Both the position numbers and the translations under genes were made by a program. DNA of 62,897 bases, the filler included. It is 6 parts of 6 records of this genome, joined end to end, with 100 filler letters (N's around TTAATTAATTAA, not from the genome) between each part and the next. Parts side by side here need not be neighbours in the genome. Positions count along the whole stretch, not along the records: positions 1 to 11,961 come from SRR2962707_2180; positions 12,062 to 18,542 come from SRR2962707_2183; positions 18,643 to 26,852 come from SRR2962707_2184; 3 more parts are not named here. One strand, 5' to 3'. The notes beneath the pieces were generated by a model. It saw only the letters and a program-made list of their open reading frames with translations. It had not been told where the DNA came from and searched no databases. Below are positions 9,610 to 20,161 of the stretch, one piece after another. Each line of letters starts with the position of its first letter. Position 1 is the first letter of the stretch.

Positions 9610-11451
9610 TCAGGCCGAGAGCTTGCTGGCCTGACGCAGTGGCACGCGCTTCTGGGCGAAGGTGGTGAGCAGACTGGTGGTGTCTTCCGCTGAACAGGGG
9701 CGGGAGAACAGGAAGCCCTGCCCCAACTTGCAGCCCAGTTCGGCCAGCGCCTGAACCTGATCGGCGGCCTCGATTCCTTCAGCGACAATCTTCATGTCGA
9801 GCTTGCGGGCCACCTCGATGATGCACCCCACAATCGTGCTGCTGGCAGCGTCGGAGCCGATACGGTCAACGAATGACTTGTCGATCTTGATGACATCAAC
9901 CGGGAAGCTGAGCAAATGGGTCAGCGAGGCAAAGCCGGTGCCGAAATCATCAAGCGCTACCAGAACGCCACGCTCACGCAGGGCGCTGACGGTCTTGGGG
10001 ACCTGATCGATACCGCCCATGAAGACGGCTTCGTTGACCTCAAGGGCGATGTGGTGAAGTGGCACGCGGGCGGCACCAAAGGTGTCAACGATGCGCTGTT
10101 CGAGGTCACCGCGCAGGAAATCGCCCGAGGTGACATTGATGCCAACATGCTGGAAATCAATGCCGTCATCGAGCCATTGGCGGACATCGCGTGCGACCTG
10201 GTTCATGATCTGGCCAGTCAATTGCCAGGCAATGCGCGGATCGGCGAAGGCGGCGTGGAATTCGCCGGCGCTGGCAATGCGCCCATCAGTCATGCGCATG
10301 CGAGCCAGCGCTTCTACGCCGACGATCTCGGCAGTGTCGAGGCGGACAACTGGCTGGTAGTGCGCCAAAATGCGGTTTTCGCTCAGCGCCAGATCGACAT
10401 CGCGCACCATGCGGGCGCGTTCGAGCATGGAAGTACGCAGATCGGGGGTGAACCGGACAAAGCCGCCGCGACGAATTTCCTTGGCGTGATAGAGCGCGAA
10501 ATCGGCGTTCTGACGCAGTGAGCCACTGTCTTCGCCGTCAGCGCCGAACAGGGCACCGCCAAGAGTGATATGGGGATCGATGGCCTGGCCATCGGCGTGG
10601 ATCAGACCTGCGGCGGCCTCGATAATGGTGGTAGCCGCATCGTGCAGGCAGGTTTCGGTGCCGCAGGCGGGCACCAGCACGGCGAACTCGTCGCCGCCCA
10701 AGCGACAGGCCACCAAGCTGGAATGAGCACCGGCAATGCGCTCGGCCAGGGTGCGGATCATCAGATCACCAACCACGTGACCGACGGTGTCGTTGACGAC
10801 CTTGAGATGATCAATATCGATCAGCAGCAGACCGAACGGGGCCTTATGCGAGACGGCATCTGCCAGCAATTCATCGAAGTGCCCGCGATTGGGTAGCCCG
10901 GTGAGCACATCGAAATAGGCAAGACGTTCGCTGCGCGCGCGCACCTTGTCGTGATCGATAGCAAGGGCGCACAGATGCAGGCAGGTCTGGACGATATCGC
11001 GTTCCACCACATTGGGGCCGCGACAGGTGCGATAATAGAAGGCGAAGGTGGCCACTGTCTGGCCGTTCTTGTCGCAGATTGGGCTGGACCAGCATGCCCG
11101 CAAACCCAAGGGCTGCGCCAATGCGCGATAATCGGCCCAGAGGGGGTCATTGTCGATATCGGTGACCATTACCGGCTGTTTGGTGTAGGCAGCGGTGCCG
11201 CACGAGCCGGTTTGTGGCCCAATGGGAAGATCAACAAGCGCTGCAGAGAACTCTGGTGGCAGGCTGGGAGCCGCAAGCGGCTGAACCCGTCCCGCGCCAT
11301 CAATGGCGAGAATGGAGCAGATGGCGCCGGGGGCCATGGCTTCGGCCCGGCGGCACAGCAACTCGGCGATCGACGCAATCGTCTCGCCGCGAGCGACTGC
11401 TTCAAGCACCTCGGTCTGCAAATGCAGCAATAATGCACTGTCGGTGACCAT
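9610..11451 (-). CDS. GAF-GGDEF-EAL diguanylate cyclase/phosphodiesterase
   Basis: GAF (GSCGTAAY, ACWSSPI), DVLTGLPNR and RLGGDEF, EALARM, ALDDFGTG, KIDKSF, VAEGIE, GQGFLFSRP. Confidence 0.93.
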   Translation of the reverse strand: MVTDSALLLHLQTEVLEAVARGETIASIAELLCRRAEAMAPGAICSILAIDGAGRVQPLAAPSLPPEFSAALVDLPIGPQTGSCGTAAYTKQPVMVTDIDNDPLWADYRALAQPLGLRACWSSPICDKNGQTVATFAFYYRTCRGPNVVERDIVQTCLHLCALAIDHDKVRARSERLAYFDVLTGLPNRGHFDELLADAVSHKAPFGLLLIDIDHLKVVNDTVGHVVGDLMIRTLAERIAGAHSSLVACRLGGDEFAVLVPACGTETCLHDAATTIIEAAAGLIHADGQAIDPHITLGGALFGADGEDSGSLRQNADFALYHAKEIRRGGFVRFTPDLRTSMLERARMVRDVDLALSENRILAHYQPVVRLDTAEIVGVEALARMRMTDGRIASAGEFHAAFADPRIAWQLTGQIMNQVARDVRQWLDDGIDFQHVGINVTSGDFLRGDLEQRIVDTFGAARVPLHHIALEVNEAVFMGGIDQVPKTVSALRERGVLVALDDFGTGFASLTHLLSFPVDVIKIDKSFVDRIGSDAASSTIVGCIIEVARKLDMKIVAEGIEAADQVQALAELGCKLGQGFLFSRPCSAEDTTSLLTTFAQKRVPLRQASKLSA

Positions 11452-11603
11452 GAAAACCTCTCACCGGTCGCTTCAGAACAAAAACGCTGTACCACCACGT
11501 TTTATCACGAGGCTTCACTATGACGCACAAGCTTGAGACAGGCGTTAAACGCCATGGTTAGGCAGGTCTTACAGATGTTGTGACAAAGCCGAACGCATCT
11601 TGA

Positions 11604-11960
11604 TCAATACGTCGCCCGACCGCCCGAGAGATCGAAGACGCTGGCCGTGGTGAAGCTGTTGTCGCGACTGACCAGCCAGGCCACCATGGCGGCGGCCTCC
11701 TCGACTTCCAGGAAGCGCCCGCGCGGGATGCGCACCAGCATGTAGTCGATGAATTCAGGGGTCAGTGTGTCGAGAATGGCGGTCTTGGCCGTCGCGGGAG
11801 TGATGGCATTGACCCCGATATCGAATTTGGCCAGTTCCTTGCCCAGCGACTTGGTCAGCCCGATAACGCCTGCCTTGGCGGCTGAATAGGCCGATAGGTT
11901 GGGATTACCCTCCTTGCCGGCAACCGAGGAAATATTGACGATGCGCCCGTAATTGCGGGC
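11604..11960 (-). CDS. SDR family oxidoreductase, 5'-truncated by the contig end
   Basis: Hand translation ...YGRIVNISSVAGKEGNPNLSAYSAAKAGVIGLTKSLGKELA...FDLSGGRATY*; YxxxK motif. Confidence 0.88.
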   Translation of the reverse strand, partial: ARNYGRIVNISSVAGKEGNPNLSAYSAAKAGVIGLTKSLGKELAKFDIGVNAITPATAKTAILDTLTPEFIDYMLVRIPRGRFLEVEEAAAMVAWLVSRDNSFTTASVFDLSGGRATY

Positions 11961-11961
11961 C

Positions 11962-12061
11962 NNNNNNNNNNNNNNNNNNNNNNNNNNNNNNNNNNNNNNN
12001 NNNNNTTAATTAATTAANNNNNNNNNNNNNNNNNNNNNNNNNNNNNNNNNNNNNNNNNNNN
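11962..12061. other. Artificial contig spacer
   Basis: N-run containing TTAATTAATTAA (stops in all six frames). Confidence 0.99.
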
Positions 12062-12117
12062 CACTCTCGCGTCTCGCGGGGCGTCGGAAGATGTCCCAAC
12101 GCCCCGCGAGAGACGGG

Positions 12118-12147
12118 GTTATAGGCCCTCAGCCTCTTCACTGTCAA
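12118..12147 (-). promoter_or_regulatory. Near-consensus sigma70 promoter firing toward the contig end (possible rRNA/stable RNA promoter)
   Basis: Minus strand reads TTGACA-N18-TATAAC; AT-rich upstream region; GC-rich hairpin immediately downstream. Confidence 0.6.
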
Positions 12148-12529
12148 ATCTTTTTCATATCCGCGTGACATCCTATTAACCTATTGAAATTATTATATTT
12201 ATTCACGAGCTACTCGTTAATGCGCTTAAAATTTCCGGTTTTTTTCACAAAAAAAGTTAATAACCGGCATTTTCAGCTCATATTCCCATGCCCGGCAAAA
12301 GCGAAACCGTTTGTTAATCACCAGCCGATATATTTGATTCCATTGACAGAATCGCCGCGGTGTTCCCTGAAACCACTTGACAGGCGACACCCCGGCACGT
12401 CAATTTGGATGCAAATTTAATGAAGGCGGCCCTGGGCAAATACACACATACAAGATACGTCAGGCCGTGTGGCAGGACTGGTCACCTCGGTGAGGTGGTT
12501 ACGGGGATTCTTGAGGGTAATAAAGAAGC

Positions 12530-13894
12530 ATGACCAATAAAGGCATTTTCATCCTGGCCGCAGCCTCTAGCGTCGCCCTGCTGTCAGCACTGAATTTCCT
12601 TCAGTTGGATATCGGTGAAGACCTGCCTGAAACCAACACGATGGCCATGGCGCCGATCTCGATCGGCAACCCGGCCGCCGCAGCGACCCTGCAGACCCGT
12701 CGCCCGGTGCCGCCGCAGATGGCGGCCCCCGCCCCGGCACAGCCCGCAATCTACAATCAGCGTATCGAGGTCGGGAATGGCGATACCCTCGCCAAACTCC
12801 TGGTTAACGCCGGCGTCGAACGTACTGACGCCCATTATGCGATCAAGGCCCTTTCCGAATATTACAATCCACGCCGGATTCGCCGCGGCCAGGACCTGAC
12901 CCTGACATTTGAAACCGCCCCGCTTTCGGTTGACGCCCGGACACAGAAAAAGTCGGACAACTTCATCGGCTTCGCCATCGAGCCCGACTACAAGACCGAA
13001 GTCCGCGTCGCCCGCACCGCCGACGGCGATTTCCGCGCCGAACAGCACGCCAAGAAGCTCGATCGCGTTCCGGTCCGTGCCGAAGGCCAGATCGAGAACA
13101 GCCTTTATGTCGCCGGGCGTGATGCCGGCGTCCCTGCGGTGGTCATCGCACGTATGATCCGGCTGATGTCCTGGGACGTGGACTTTCAGCGCGACATCCG
13201 GACCGGTGACAGCTTTGAAGTCATGTATGAACGGGTCTTCGATAAGGATGGCAAGCCCGTCTATAACGGCGCCGTGACATATGCTGCCATCACCCTCAGC
13301 GGCAAGCGGATCAATATCTATCGCCATGAGCTTGAAGACGGGTCCGTCGATTACTTTGATGAAAACGGCAAGGCATCGCGAAAAGCCCTGATGCGCACAC
13401 CGATCGACGGTGCGCGTCTGTCTTCGACCTTCGGCAAGCGCAAGCACCCGATTCTCGGTTACACCCGCATGCACAAGGGTGTTGATTTTGCCGCCCCGTC
13501 CGGAACCCCGATCTATGCTGCCGGCAACGGCACCATCGCCTATGCAGGGCGTAAGGGCGGCTACGGCAATTACATCCGCATTCGCCACAACGGCACCTTC
13601 GAAACCGCCTATGCCCACATGAAGGGCTTTGCGCGGGGCATTCGCACCGGCAAGCGCATCGAACAGGGCCAGATCATCGGTTACGTCGGCACGACGGGCC
13701 GTTCGACCGGCCCGCACCTGCACTACGAGGTCTTAACCGGCGGCAAGCAGGTCAATCCGCTCCGCGTCAAAATGCCATCGGGACAGACCCTTGAGGGCAA
13801 GGAACTCGCCCGCTTCCTTGAACATCGCCAGAAGCAGGACCAAATGCTGGCCTCGCTCAAGGGAACCGAAGTCGCCGCCACCGGCACCGAGTAA
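12530..13894 (+). CDS. M23 family peptidoglycan DD-endopeptidase (MepM-like)
   Basis: N-terminal membrane anchor, LysM-like GDTLAKLL, HKGVDFAAP, YAHM, GRSTGPHLHYE. Confidence 0.93.
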   Translation: MTNKGIFILAAASSVALLSALNFLQLDIGEDLPETNTMAMAPISIGNPAAAATLQTRRPVPPQMAAPAPAQPAIYNQRIEVGNGDTLAKLLVNAGVERTDAHYAIKALSEYYNPRRIRRGQDLTLTFETAPLSVDARTQKKSDNFIGFAIEPDYKTEVRVARTADGDFRAEQHAKKLDRVPVRAEGQIENSLYVAGRDAGVPAVVIARMIRLMSWDVDFQRDIRTGDSFEVMYERVFDKDGKPVYNGAVTYAAITLSGKRINIYRHELEDGSVDYFDENGKASRKALMRTPIDGARLSSTFGKRKHPILGYTRMHKGVDFAAPSGTPIYAAGNGTIAYAGRKGGYGNYIRIRHNGTFETAYAHMKGFARGIRTGKRIEQGQIIGYVGTTGRSTGPHLHYEVLTGGKQVNPLRVKMPSGQTLEGKELARFLEHRQKQDQMLASLKGTEVAATGTE

Positions 13895-13909
13895 ACGGGC
13901 CCCTGTTCG

Positions 13910-14689
13910 ATGACGGCTCTCCCCCTTTCCATAAACGAGCTTGGTGAGGGCACACCGGTCATTATCCTGCACGGCCTGTTCGGCCGCCGTCGAAACTGGC
14001 AGGCGATCCAGAAACGACTGGCAACGGACGCCCGTATTATAACCGCCGACATGCGCAATCACGGCGACAGTCCGTGGGATGATGAAATGTCCTACCCGGC
14101 CATGGCAACGGATCTGGCCCGGCTGATCAATCAACTGGATGGCGGACCATGCATCGTCGTCGGACATTCTATGGGCGGCAAGGCTGCAATGGTGCTGGCC
14201 CTGACGGAACCGGAACTGGTGAAGGGCCTGATGGTCATCGATATCGCACCTGTTCCCTACAAGCACACCTATCAGCCTTATATCGACGCCATGCGAAAAG
14301 TGCCGCTTGAAACACTCGAACGGCGATCACAGGCCGAAGACTATCTGAAAGACGCCATCACGGACCCGGGCATACGGGCGTTTTTGCTGCAAAACCTGGG
14401 GCAGGATGACGAAGGCCTCAAATGGCAGGTCAACTTGGACGCTATCGAAAACGGCCTTGCGAACCTGCTTGGCTTCCCGAACGACATCGGCGATCCCTTC
14501 GAAGGGCCGTCGCTATTCCTGCGCGGTGGGGCGTCCGATTTCGTCGAAGATAACCATCTGCCGATCATCGACAGCCTTTTCCCCATGGCATCCCATGCCG
14601 ACATCGAGGGCGCGGGACACTGGGTACATGCAGAAAAGCCTGAAGAGGTGATTCGTCAGATCGGCGATTTCACCAAGGCCAACGCCTAG
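13910..14689 (+). CDS. Alpha/beta-fold hydrolase (YbfF-like esterase)
   Basis: LHGLFG, DMRNHG, nucleophile elbow GHSMGG, GHWVHAE. Confidence 0.92.
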   Translation: MTALPLSINELGEGTPVIILHGLFGRRRNWQAIQKRLATDARIITADMRNHGDSPWDDEMSYPAMATDLARLINQLDGGPCIVVGHSMGGKAAMVLALTEPELVKGLMVIDIAPVPYKHTYQPYIDAMRKVPLETLERRSQAEDYLKDAITDPGIRAFLLQNLGQDDEGLKWQVNLDAIENGLANLLGFPNDIGDPFEGPSLFLRGGASDFVEDNHLPIIDSLFPMASHADIEGAGHWVHAEKPEEVIRQIGDFTKANA

Positions 14690-16092
14690 CCGTCGTTCAT
14701 CACCGTTGTATCGCAGAACTGACGGCGCTGCTTCAGCTTCTGGCACAATGATTTGGCATCCGACACGGACGGCAGCGGCCCTGCCTTGAGACGGTAATAC
14801 GTCCCCTTGCTGCCGAGCGTCACCCGGCTGACCTCGTGATCAAGACTCCCGAGCACATTGCCATGCGCACGCTTGATTTGCAGCCAGCCACTCTCGGCCT
14901 GCTTGGCTGAGCGGTATGACGCCAGATGTACGGCAGGTTGCGGACCGGCAGGTTTCGGTGGTTCCTTAGCGGCCATCTGCTGTGCTTCCGGCGCAGGCGC
15001 CGCCTGGGCCGTCGAGGTCGACTCGGCCGGCTGAGCCGGACCTGCCGCGGACTGAACGGAAAGCTCGATCGCCTGCCGCTCACGGGCATATTCATCCGCC
15101 GTTATGTAGCCGGCATCACGCAGTTTTTCGAGACGACGAATGGCATCCGCGCCTTCCATCAGCCCTCTGGGCGGCGGCGTGGCTTCAGCGACCATCACCG
15201 GCGCCGAAGGCATCATCGCATCAAGGATCATGTTCCGTTCAGCCGCATGCTGGGACACCGAAATCGCCCGCATTTCAAGCGCCCGGCCAATGGCCTGCAG
15301 GCGGGCGGAAATCTGTTCCGTGCTCGGCACCGGACGCTCCAGCCCCGCCGCAGGCGGCGGTGACGTCAGCGGCAACAGCGCGCCGATGCTTGAACGGCGG
15401 CGTTGATTGTATTCATCCTGTGTAATCAGGCCCTGGTCACGCAACGCCTTGAGGGTCGCGAAACGTGACATGACGTTCGCATCCCCGCCCTGGAAACTGC
15501 CGATCATCTGCGGCGATTCCATCTGCATACCACCCTGAGGCAGCGGCGAGTTTGACATCATCGGCGTCGAGGCAACCTCCGTGGTTGACCGGCCAAGCAT
15601 GACATCGCCCTGCGGTGCCGCACCGATGGGCACGCCCGCCGGGCTCATTGCTGCCGCCTTTGCAGTCCCGCCGGTTTCAAGCAGGGAAAGATTGACGCTC
15701 GCGACCTGCGACGCCGGACGCGTCGTCAATTCATTCCAGACCACGAACTGTTCACTGTCATCCGGGCGGATCGCCAGCACGGCTTCGTACATTTCCCGCG
15801 CCTTCACCAACTGGCCGGTGTTCTGATACAGAATGCCGGAAGCGAGCAGCGCCTGGACATCGCGGGAATTCGCCTTGAGGGCGCGCTGAAAATATCCTTC
15901 AGCCGTTACATAATTTCCCTTCGCCATTTCGGCGATACCAAGTTCTGCCTGATCGTTCTGTTTGAACGGGCTGGAAGCCCAGAAGGATTCTTCAAAAAGG
16001 TTGCCGTCCACGAAAGCGCAACCGCTCAGGAGCCCGGCGGCTACACAGACCGGTGCGAATGTCCTGATAAAGCGTCCTGGTCCCTTGGTCAT
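14686..16092 (-). CDS. Lipoprotein with TPR, two SHOCT-like motifs and a C-terminal SPOR domain
   Basis: Lipobox LSGC; TPR-like helices; LKALRDQGLITQDEY and LEKLRDAGYITADEY; SPOR motifs VHLASY, YYRLKAGP, AKSLCQKLK...C. Confidence 0.85.
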   Translation of the reverse strand: MTKGPGRFIRTFAPVCVAAGLLSGCAFVDGNLFEESFWASSPFKQNDQAELGIAEMAKGNYVTAEGYFQRALKANSRDVQALLASGILYQNTGQLVKAREMYEAVLAIRPDDSEQFVVWNELTTRPASQVASVNLSLLETGGTAKAAAMSPAGVPIGAAPQGDVMLGRSTTEVASTPMMSNSPLPQGGMQMESPQMIGSFQGGDANVMSRFATLKALRDQGLITQDEYNQRRRSSIGALLPLTSPPPAAGLERPVPSTEQISARLQAIGRALEMRAISVSQHAAERNMILDAMMPSAPVMVAEATPPPRGLMEGADAIRRLEKLRDAGYITADEYARERQAIELSVQSAAGPAQPAESTSTAQAAPAPEAQQMAAKEPPKPAGPQPAVHLASYRSAKQAESGWLQIKRAHGNVLGSLDHEVSRVTLGSKGTYYRLKAGPLPSVSDAKSLCQKLKQRRQFCDTTVMNDG

Positions 16093-16282
16093 GCCGCCCC
16101 CTTTAAGTATTACTGCTGAATACTGCGGACCGCCGCCTTGCCTTATGTGCAATACGTCAAGTGTCCACAATACCTAGCGGCCTCCCCCAAATATGGGGTC
16201 GAAGCCATTCAGGAATACTAATCTTTGGTTAAAAAATCACAAGAAAAATGTCGCAAGCGGCTTAATTCAGGGACTTTTATAG

Positions 16283-16870
16283 TTAATGGGCTTTTTTGGG
16301 TTCTTCGGCAGGCGCACTGTTTTCAAGCTCGGCACAGCCCAGCACACTGGCGAACGGCAGCTTTGAAATCGCGCCCCCGCCCATCTGACGCGTTCCCTTG
16401 ATAATCAGGATCTCGGTTACGAGCTCTTCGCCAAGCGCCTTGTTGATCGCCGCAATGAGGCGTGCATCCTCGGCTTGCTGCTCGGTCGTCTTGGAAATCC
16501 GGTAAACCTTTTCCTTGGTTTTGTCCGGATCGAAGATGTAGCTGAGCGTCATTGGTTCCGCATACCACGACCGCAGTAGGGCATCCTTGATCCGCGGGCC
16601 AAGTGTACAGACGTATCCGACCTTGCTCTTTTCAGCGACCGTCAGAACAGGAGTAACGGGGATTGAAGCCGTAGACCGGCTTTTCGCACTGCGCCGGACC
16701 GGCGCCAGCATCGACGCAATCTGTACGTGAGATTCGCCATCCCCACGGAGGCCGAATGTGCGCTTGAGCTTGAGTTGCTCACTCGCCATTGCCGCGGGCA
16801 ACGAAGTGATCATGGTTGCACCCACAAACACGGCGCCACACGCCACACATAAAAGTCGACCAGATATCAT
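16283..16870 (-). CDS. Secreted hypothetical protein
   Basis: ATG 16870 with TGAGGA RBS; signal-peptide-like N-terminus. Confidence 0.65.
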   Translation of the reverse strand: MISGRLLCVACGAVFVGATMITSLPAAMASEQLKLKRTFGLRGDGESHVQIASMLAPVRRSAKSRSTASIPVTPVLTVAEKSKVGYVCTLGPRIKDALLRSWYAEPMTLSYIFDPDKTKEKVYRISKTTEQQAEDARLIAAINKALGEELVTEILIIKGTRQMGGGAISKLPFASVLGCAELENSAPAEEPKKAH

Positions 16871-16934
16871 GTTCACATCCTCAAGGCACATTACGGCATT
16901 TTGATGGTGCCGTTTATAGGTAGTTGTACTGAGC

Positions 16935-17417
16935 CTAGAGCAGTTTTTCCATGTAAACCACGCCCGGTAGCGGATTATGATAATAAGGCGCTGTTTCTCC
17001 AAACCCCATCCGGGCATACATGCCTATTGCCGCCTCAAGATGCGGCAAGGTATCCAGCACCATGCACCGGTATCCGGCTTTACCGGCGAATTCCACGGCC
17101 AGCTTGGCAAGCTGCTTGCCAAGCCCCCGCCCCCGCCATGCCTGGCGGACATAAAGCCGCTTCATCTCACACATCTTTTGTTCGGGCTTGCCAACGGGGC
17201 GGACGGCAATGATACCGGCAACCGCCCCTTCATCACGGGCGATAAAGATTTCTCCCGCCGGCGGCTGATATTTGCCGGGCAGACCGGCGAGTTCATTTTC
17301 AAAATCCTGAAAGCACAGATCGACGTTCAGCCACTGTTGATATTCGCTGAACATTTCACGCGCGATCTCGAAATCCTCACTTGAACGCGCCGGGGCAATA
17401 TCGAAGGCCCCCGTCAT
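16935..17417 (-). CDS. GNAT family N-acetyltransferase
   Basis: EMKRLYV, RGRGLG acetyl-CoA motif, LDTL, YARMGF. Start overlaps the PhzF stop (ATGA). Confidence 0.92.
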   Translation of the reverse strand: MTGAFDIAPARSSEDFEIAREMFSEYQQWLNVDLCFQDFENELAGLPGKYQPPAGEIFIARDEGAVAGIIAVRPVGKPEQKMCEMKRLYVRQAWRGRGLGKQLAKLAVEFAGKAGYRCMVLDTLPHLEAAIGMYARMGFGETAPYYHNPLPGVVYMEKLL

Positions 17418-18196
17418 AGATGGAATGTCCCTTCCATAACCAGACGTGCTTTCCCCCCCAGCACGACACGATCCCCCTGCAGACGGCAGTACAGATCGCC
17501 GCACCGTTCCGAAACCTGGCGCGCATGGATATCATCCTTGCCCAGTCTATCGGCCCAATAGGGAACGATCGTGCAGTGGGCGGACCCCGTTACCGGGTCT
17601 TCGTCGATCCCTGCATGCGGTGCGAAAAAGCGGGATGCACAGTCGGACTCTGAGCCCGGCGCCGTGATAATCAAACCCATGCCGTCCATATTCGCGATAA
17701 AATCAAAATCTGGATTGATCGACAGGACTTCGGCCTCGGTTTCGAAGACGGCCATGTTCTTGACCGCTTTCAGGAATTGAAACGGTTTACGGCCCAGCGC
17801 GGCTTCAAGACCGTCCGGCATCGGGACTTCCTTCGCCGGCATTGACGGGAAATCCATCACCAGCAAATCGCCTTCCCGTTTAACGCCGAGCCTGCCGCTG
17901 AGGGTTTCAAACACAACCTCATCTCGGCCCGGCTCCAACACATCAAGGATCAATGACCCTGTCGCCAGCGTCGCGTGGCCGCACAACGGCACCTCGATCT
18001 TCGGCGTGAACCATCGCAATCGGTATCCGTCACCCTCCGGCACATAAAACGCGGTTTCCGAAAGATTGTTTTCCAGCGCGATGGACTGCATGACATCGTC
18101 AGGCAGCCATTCGTCCAGCGGGCATACGGCCGCCGGATTGCCGCCGAACGGACGGTCCGTAAATGCATCCAACTGATAGATCGGAATACCGGTCAT
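17414..18196 (-). CDS. PhzF family isomerase
   Basis: DAFTDRPFGGNPAAV, NLSETAF, LRWFTP, LCGHATLA, EDPVTGSAH. Confidence 0.95.
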   Translation of the reverse strand: MTGIPIYQLDAFTDRPFGGNPAAVCPLDEWLPDDVMQSIALENNLSETAFYVPEGDGYRLRWFTPKIEVPLCGHATLATGSLILDVLEPGRDEVVFETLSGRLGVKREGDLLVMDFPSMPAKEVPMPDGLEAALGRKPFQFLKAVKNMAVFETEAEVLSINPDFDFIANMDGMGLIITAPGSESDCASRFFAPHAGIDEDPVTGSAHCTIVPYWADRLGKDDIHARQVSERCGDLYCRLQGDRVVLGGKARLVMEGTFHL

Positions 18197-18199
18197 TTA

Positions 18200-18542
18200 T
18201 TACTTCCCCAATTCTTCCTCGATCGCACGGCACATGTCTTCTGTCGTCGCGTTCCCGCCCATGTCCGGGGTCTTCGGTCCATCCCCTTTGAGAAGGTTCT
18301 CGATGGCGGTAATCATGTCGGCAGCGGCCTCGGGATGGCCGAGATGATCCAGCATCATCGACGCACACCAGATGGTGCCGATCGGGTTGGCGATCCCCTT
18401 GCCGGCAATATCCGGGGCGGACCCATGAACCGGTTCGAACATCGACGGATAATCCCGCTCGGGATTGATGTTCCCGCTGGGCGCAATGGCAATCGTGCCC
18501 GTGATGCCGGGCCCAAGATCAGACAGGATATCGCCAAACAGG
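18200..18542 (-). CDS. Tartrate/D-malate dehydrogenase (beta-decarboxylating family), 5'-truncated
   Basis: LFGDILSDLGPGITGTIAIAPSGNINPE and SMFEPVHGSAPDIAGKGIANP. Confidence 0.85.
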
Positions 18543-18642
18543 NNNNNNNNNNNNNNNNNNNNNNNNNNNNNNNNNNNNNNNNNNNNTTAATTAATTAANN
18601 NNNNNNNNNNNNNNNNNNNNNNNNNNNNNNNNNNNNNNNNNN
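18543..18642. other. Artificial contig spacer
   Basis: N-run with TTAATTAATTAA. Confidence 0.99.
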
Positions 18643-19546
18643 CCTCGACAAGCTCACCTTCCGCCTGATCCCTGATCAGGCAACGGCACTGGCCGCCATG
18701 GAAGCAGGAGATGTCGATGGCATCGAAGCTGTCCCTGCCCCAGAAATTCCCCGCCTCTCGGTTGAATCCGACGCCTTCCTCATCGTGCCTGCGCTCGGCA
18801 CAACCTACGCGTTCTTCAACCCGGGCCAAGAGCCGTTGGACAACGTCCATGTCCGCAAGGCACTCTCGATGGCGATCGATCGCTCCGAGATCGTCGAATT
18901 CGTGCTGCAGTCCGCCGACACCCCGGCGCTCGGCCTTGTGCCTCCCGGCATGAGCCTGGGCGGTGAGGATTTCACCGATGGCCGCGACACGTTTGGACTC
19001 TCGGAAACCGCCGATGTCGAGGGCGCAAGGGCCGAACTCGCCGAAGCCGGTTACGAGAACGGCGAAGGCTTCCCCGAGACGCTTTTCGTCACCTACTCCT
19101 CTCCGCCAATCGAGAAGCTGCTTGAAGCCATCCAGCAGATGTGGAGGGAAAACCTCAACATCGACGTGCAGATCCAGTCCACCGAATGGCAGGTGTATTA
19201 TCCGGAAGTGCAGAAGGTCGAATACCAGATCGCACAGATGGGCTGGGGCGCTGACTATCCTCACCCGATGACCTTCCTCGACAACTTCGTCTCCGGTAGC
19301 GCCAACAACCTCAATGGCTGGTCCAATCCGGACTACGACGCTGCCATCACCGCTGCCAAGGCGGCGACCGATGAAGCGGAGTCGCGCGACTATATGCGGG
19401 AGGCTGAAGCGATCTTGATGAACGATCACGTCATCCTGCCGCAGTACCATCGGTATAACTACATGATGATGAGCCCCGAGGTCACCGGCTTCTGGCGCTC
19501 GCCGCTGAACGTTCCTTATTTCCGCGACGCTGAAATAAGCGAGTAG
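18643..19546 (+). CDS. Peptide ABC transporter substrate-binding protein (OppA-like), 5'-truncated
   Basis: VRKALSMAIDR, QQMWRENL, GWGADYPHPMTFL, WSNPDYD; the frame is open from the contig start. Confidence 0.9.
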
Positions 19547-19557
19547 ATACGCCAATT

Positions 19558-19579
19558 GCTCCCGCCTCAGGGCGGGAGC
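19558..19579 (+). terminator. GC-rich hairpin after the OppA-like gene (terminator or mRNA stabiliser)
   Basis: GCTCCCGCC-TCAG-GGCGGGAGC; no clear U-tract. Confidence 0.5.
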
Positions 19580-19604
19580 TCCCTCCTCATACTGAAGGCC
19601 GCAC

Positions 19605-20126
19605 GTGACCGTTCCTGTCCTCATCGAAACCGAACTTGGCGCTTTTACCCTCGACATCGACGATCAGCGCGCACCGATCACCGGCAGAAATTTTCTGGCT
19701 TATGTCGATGACGGACATCTTGATGGCGCGACGGCCTATCGGATCGTGACGCTCGCCAACCAGCCCGTGGAAACCGCGCACAAGATCGAGGTCGTGCAGT
19801 GGGGCATACAGGCCTCGGACGAAAAGCCCGCTCCGTTTCCGCCCATCGCACATGAGACCACTGAACTGACCGGCCTGCGTCATAAGCACATGACCATTTC
19901 CATGGCGCGCCTCGATCCCGGCACCGCAGGGTCCGAGTTTTTCATCTGCATCGGCGATCAACCCGAACTGGACTTTGGTGGCCAGCGCAATCCCGACGGT
20001 CAGGGCTTCGCCGCGTTTGGCACAGTCGTGGATGGTCAGGAAACAGTGCTATCGATGTTCTCCAAAGCCGAGTACCCGACCGCGCCGATCAGGTTCTCCC
20101 GATGCCGGCGAGCGCAATCTGACTGA
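19605..20126 (+). CDS. Cyclophilin-type peptidyl-prolyl isomerase
   Basis: APITGRNFLAYVD, YRIV, TISMAR, SEFFIC, FAAFGTVVDG. Confidence 0.9.
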   Translation: MTVPVLIETELGAFTLDIDDQRAPITGRNFLAYVDDGHLDGATAYRIVTLANQPVETAHKIEVVQWGIQASDEKPAPFPPIAHETTELTGLRHKHMTISMARLDPGTAGSEFFICIGDQPELDFGGQRNPDGQGFAAFGTVVDGQETVLSMFSKAEYPTAPIRFSRCRRAQSD

Positions 20127-20161
20127 TCCACCCGTGGCTCCCCAATGGGAATGCTTAGCCG

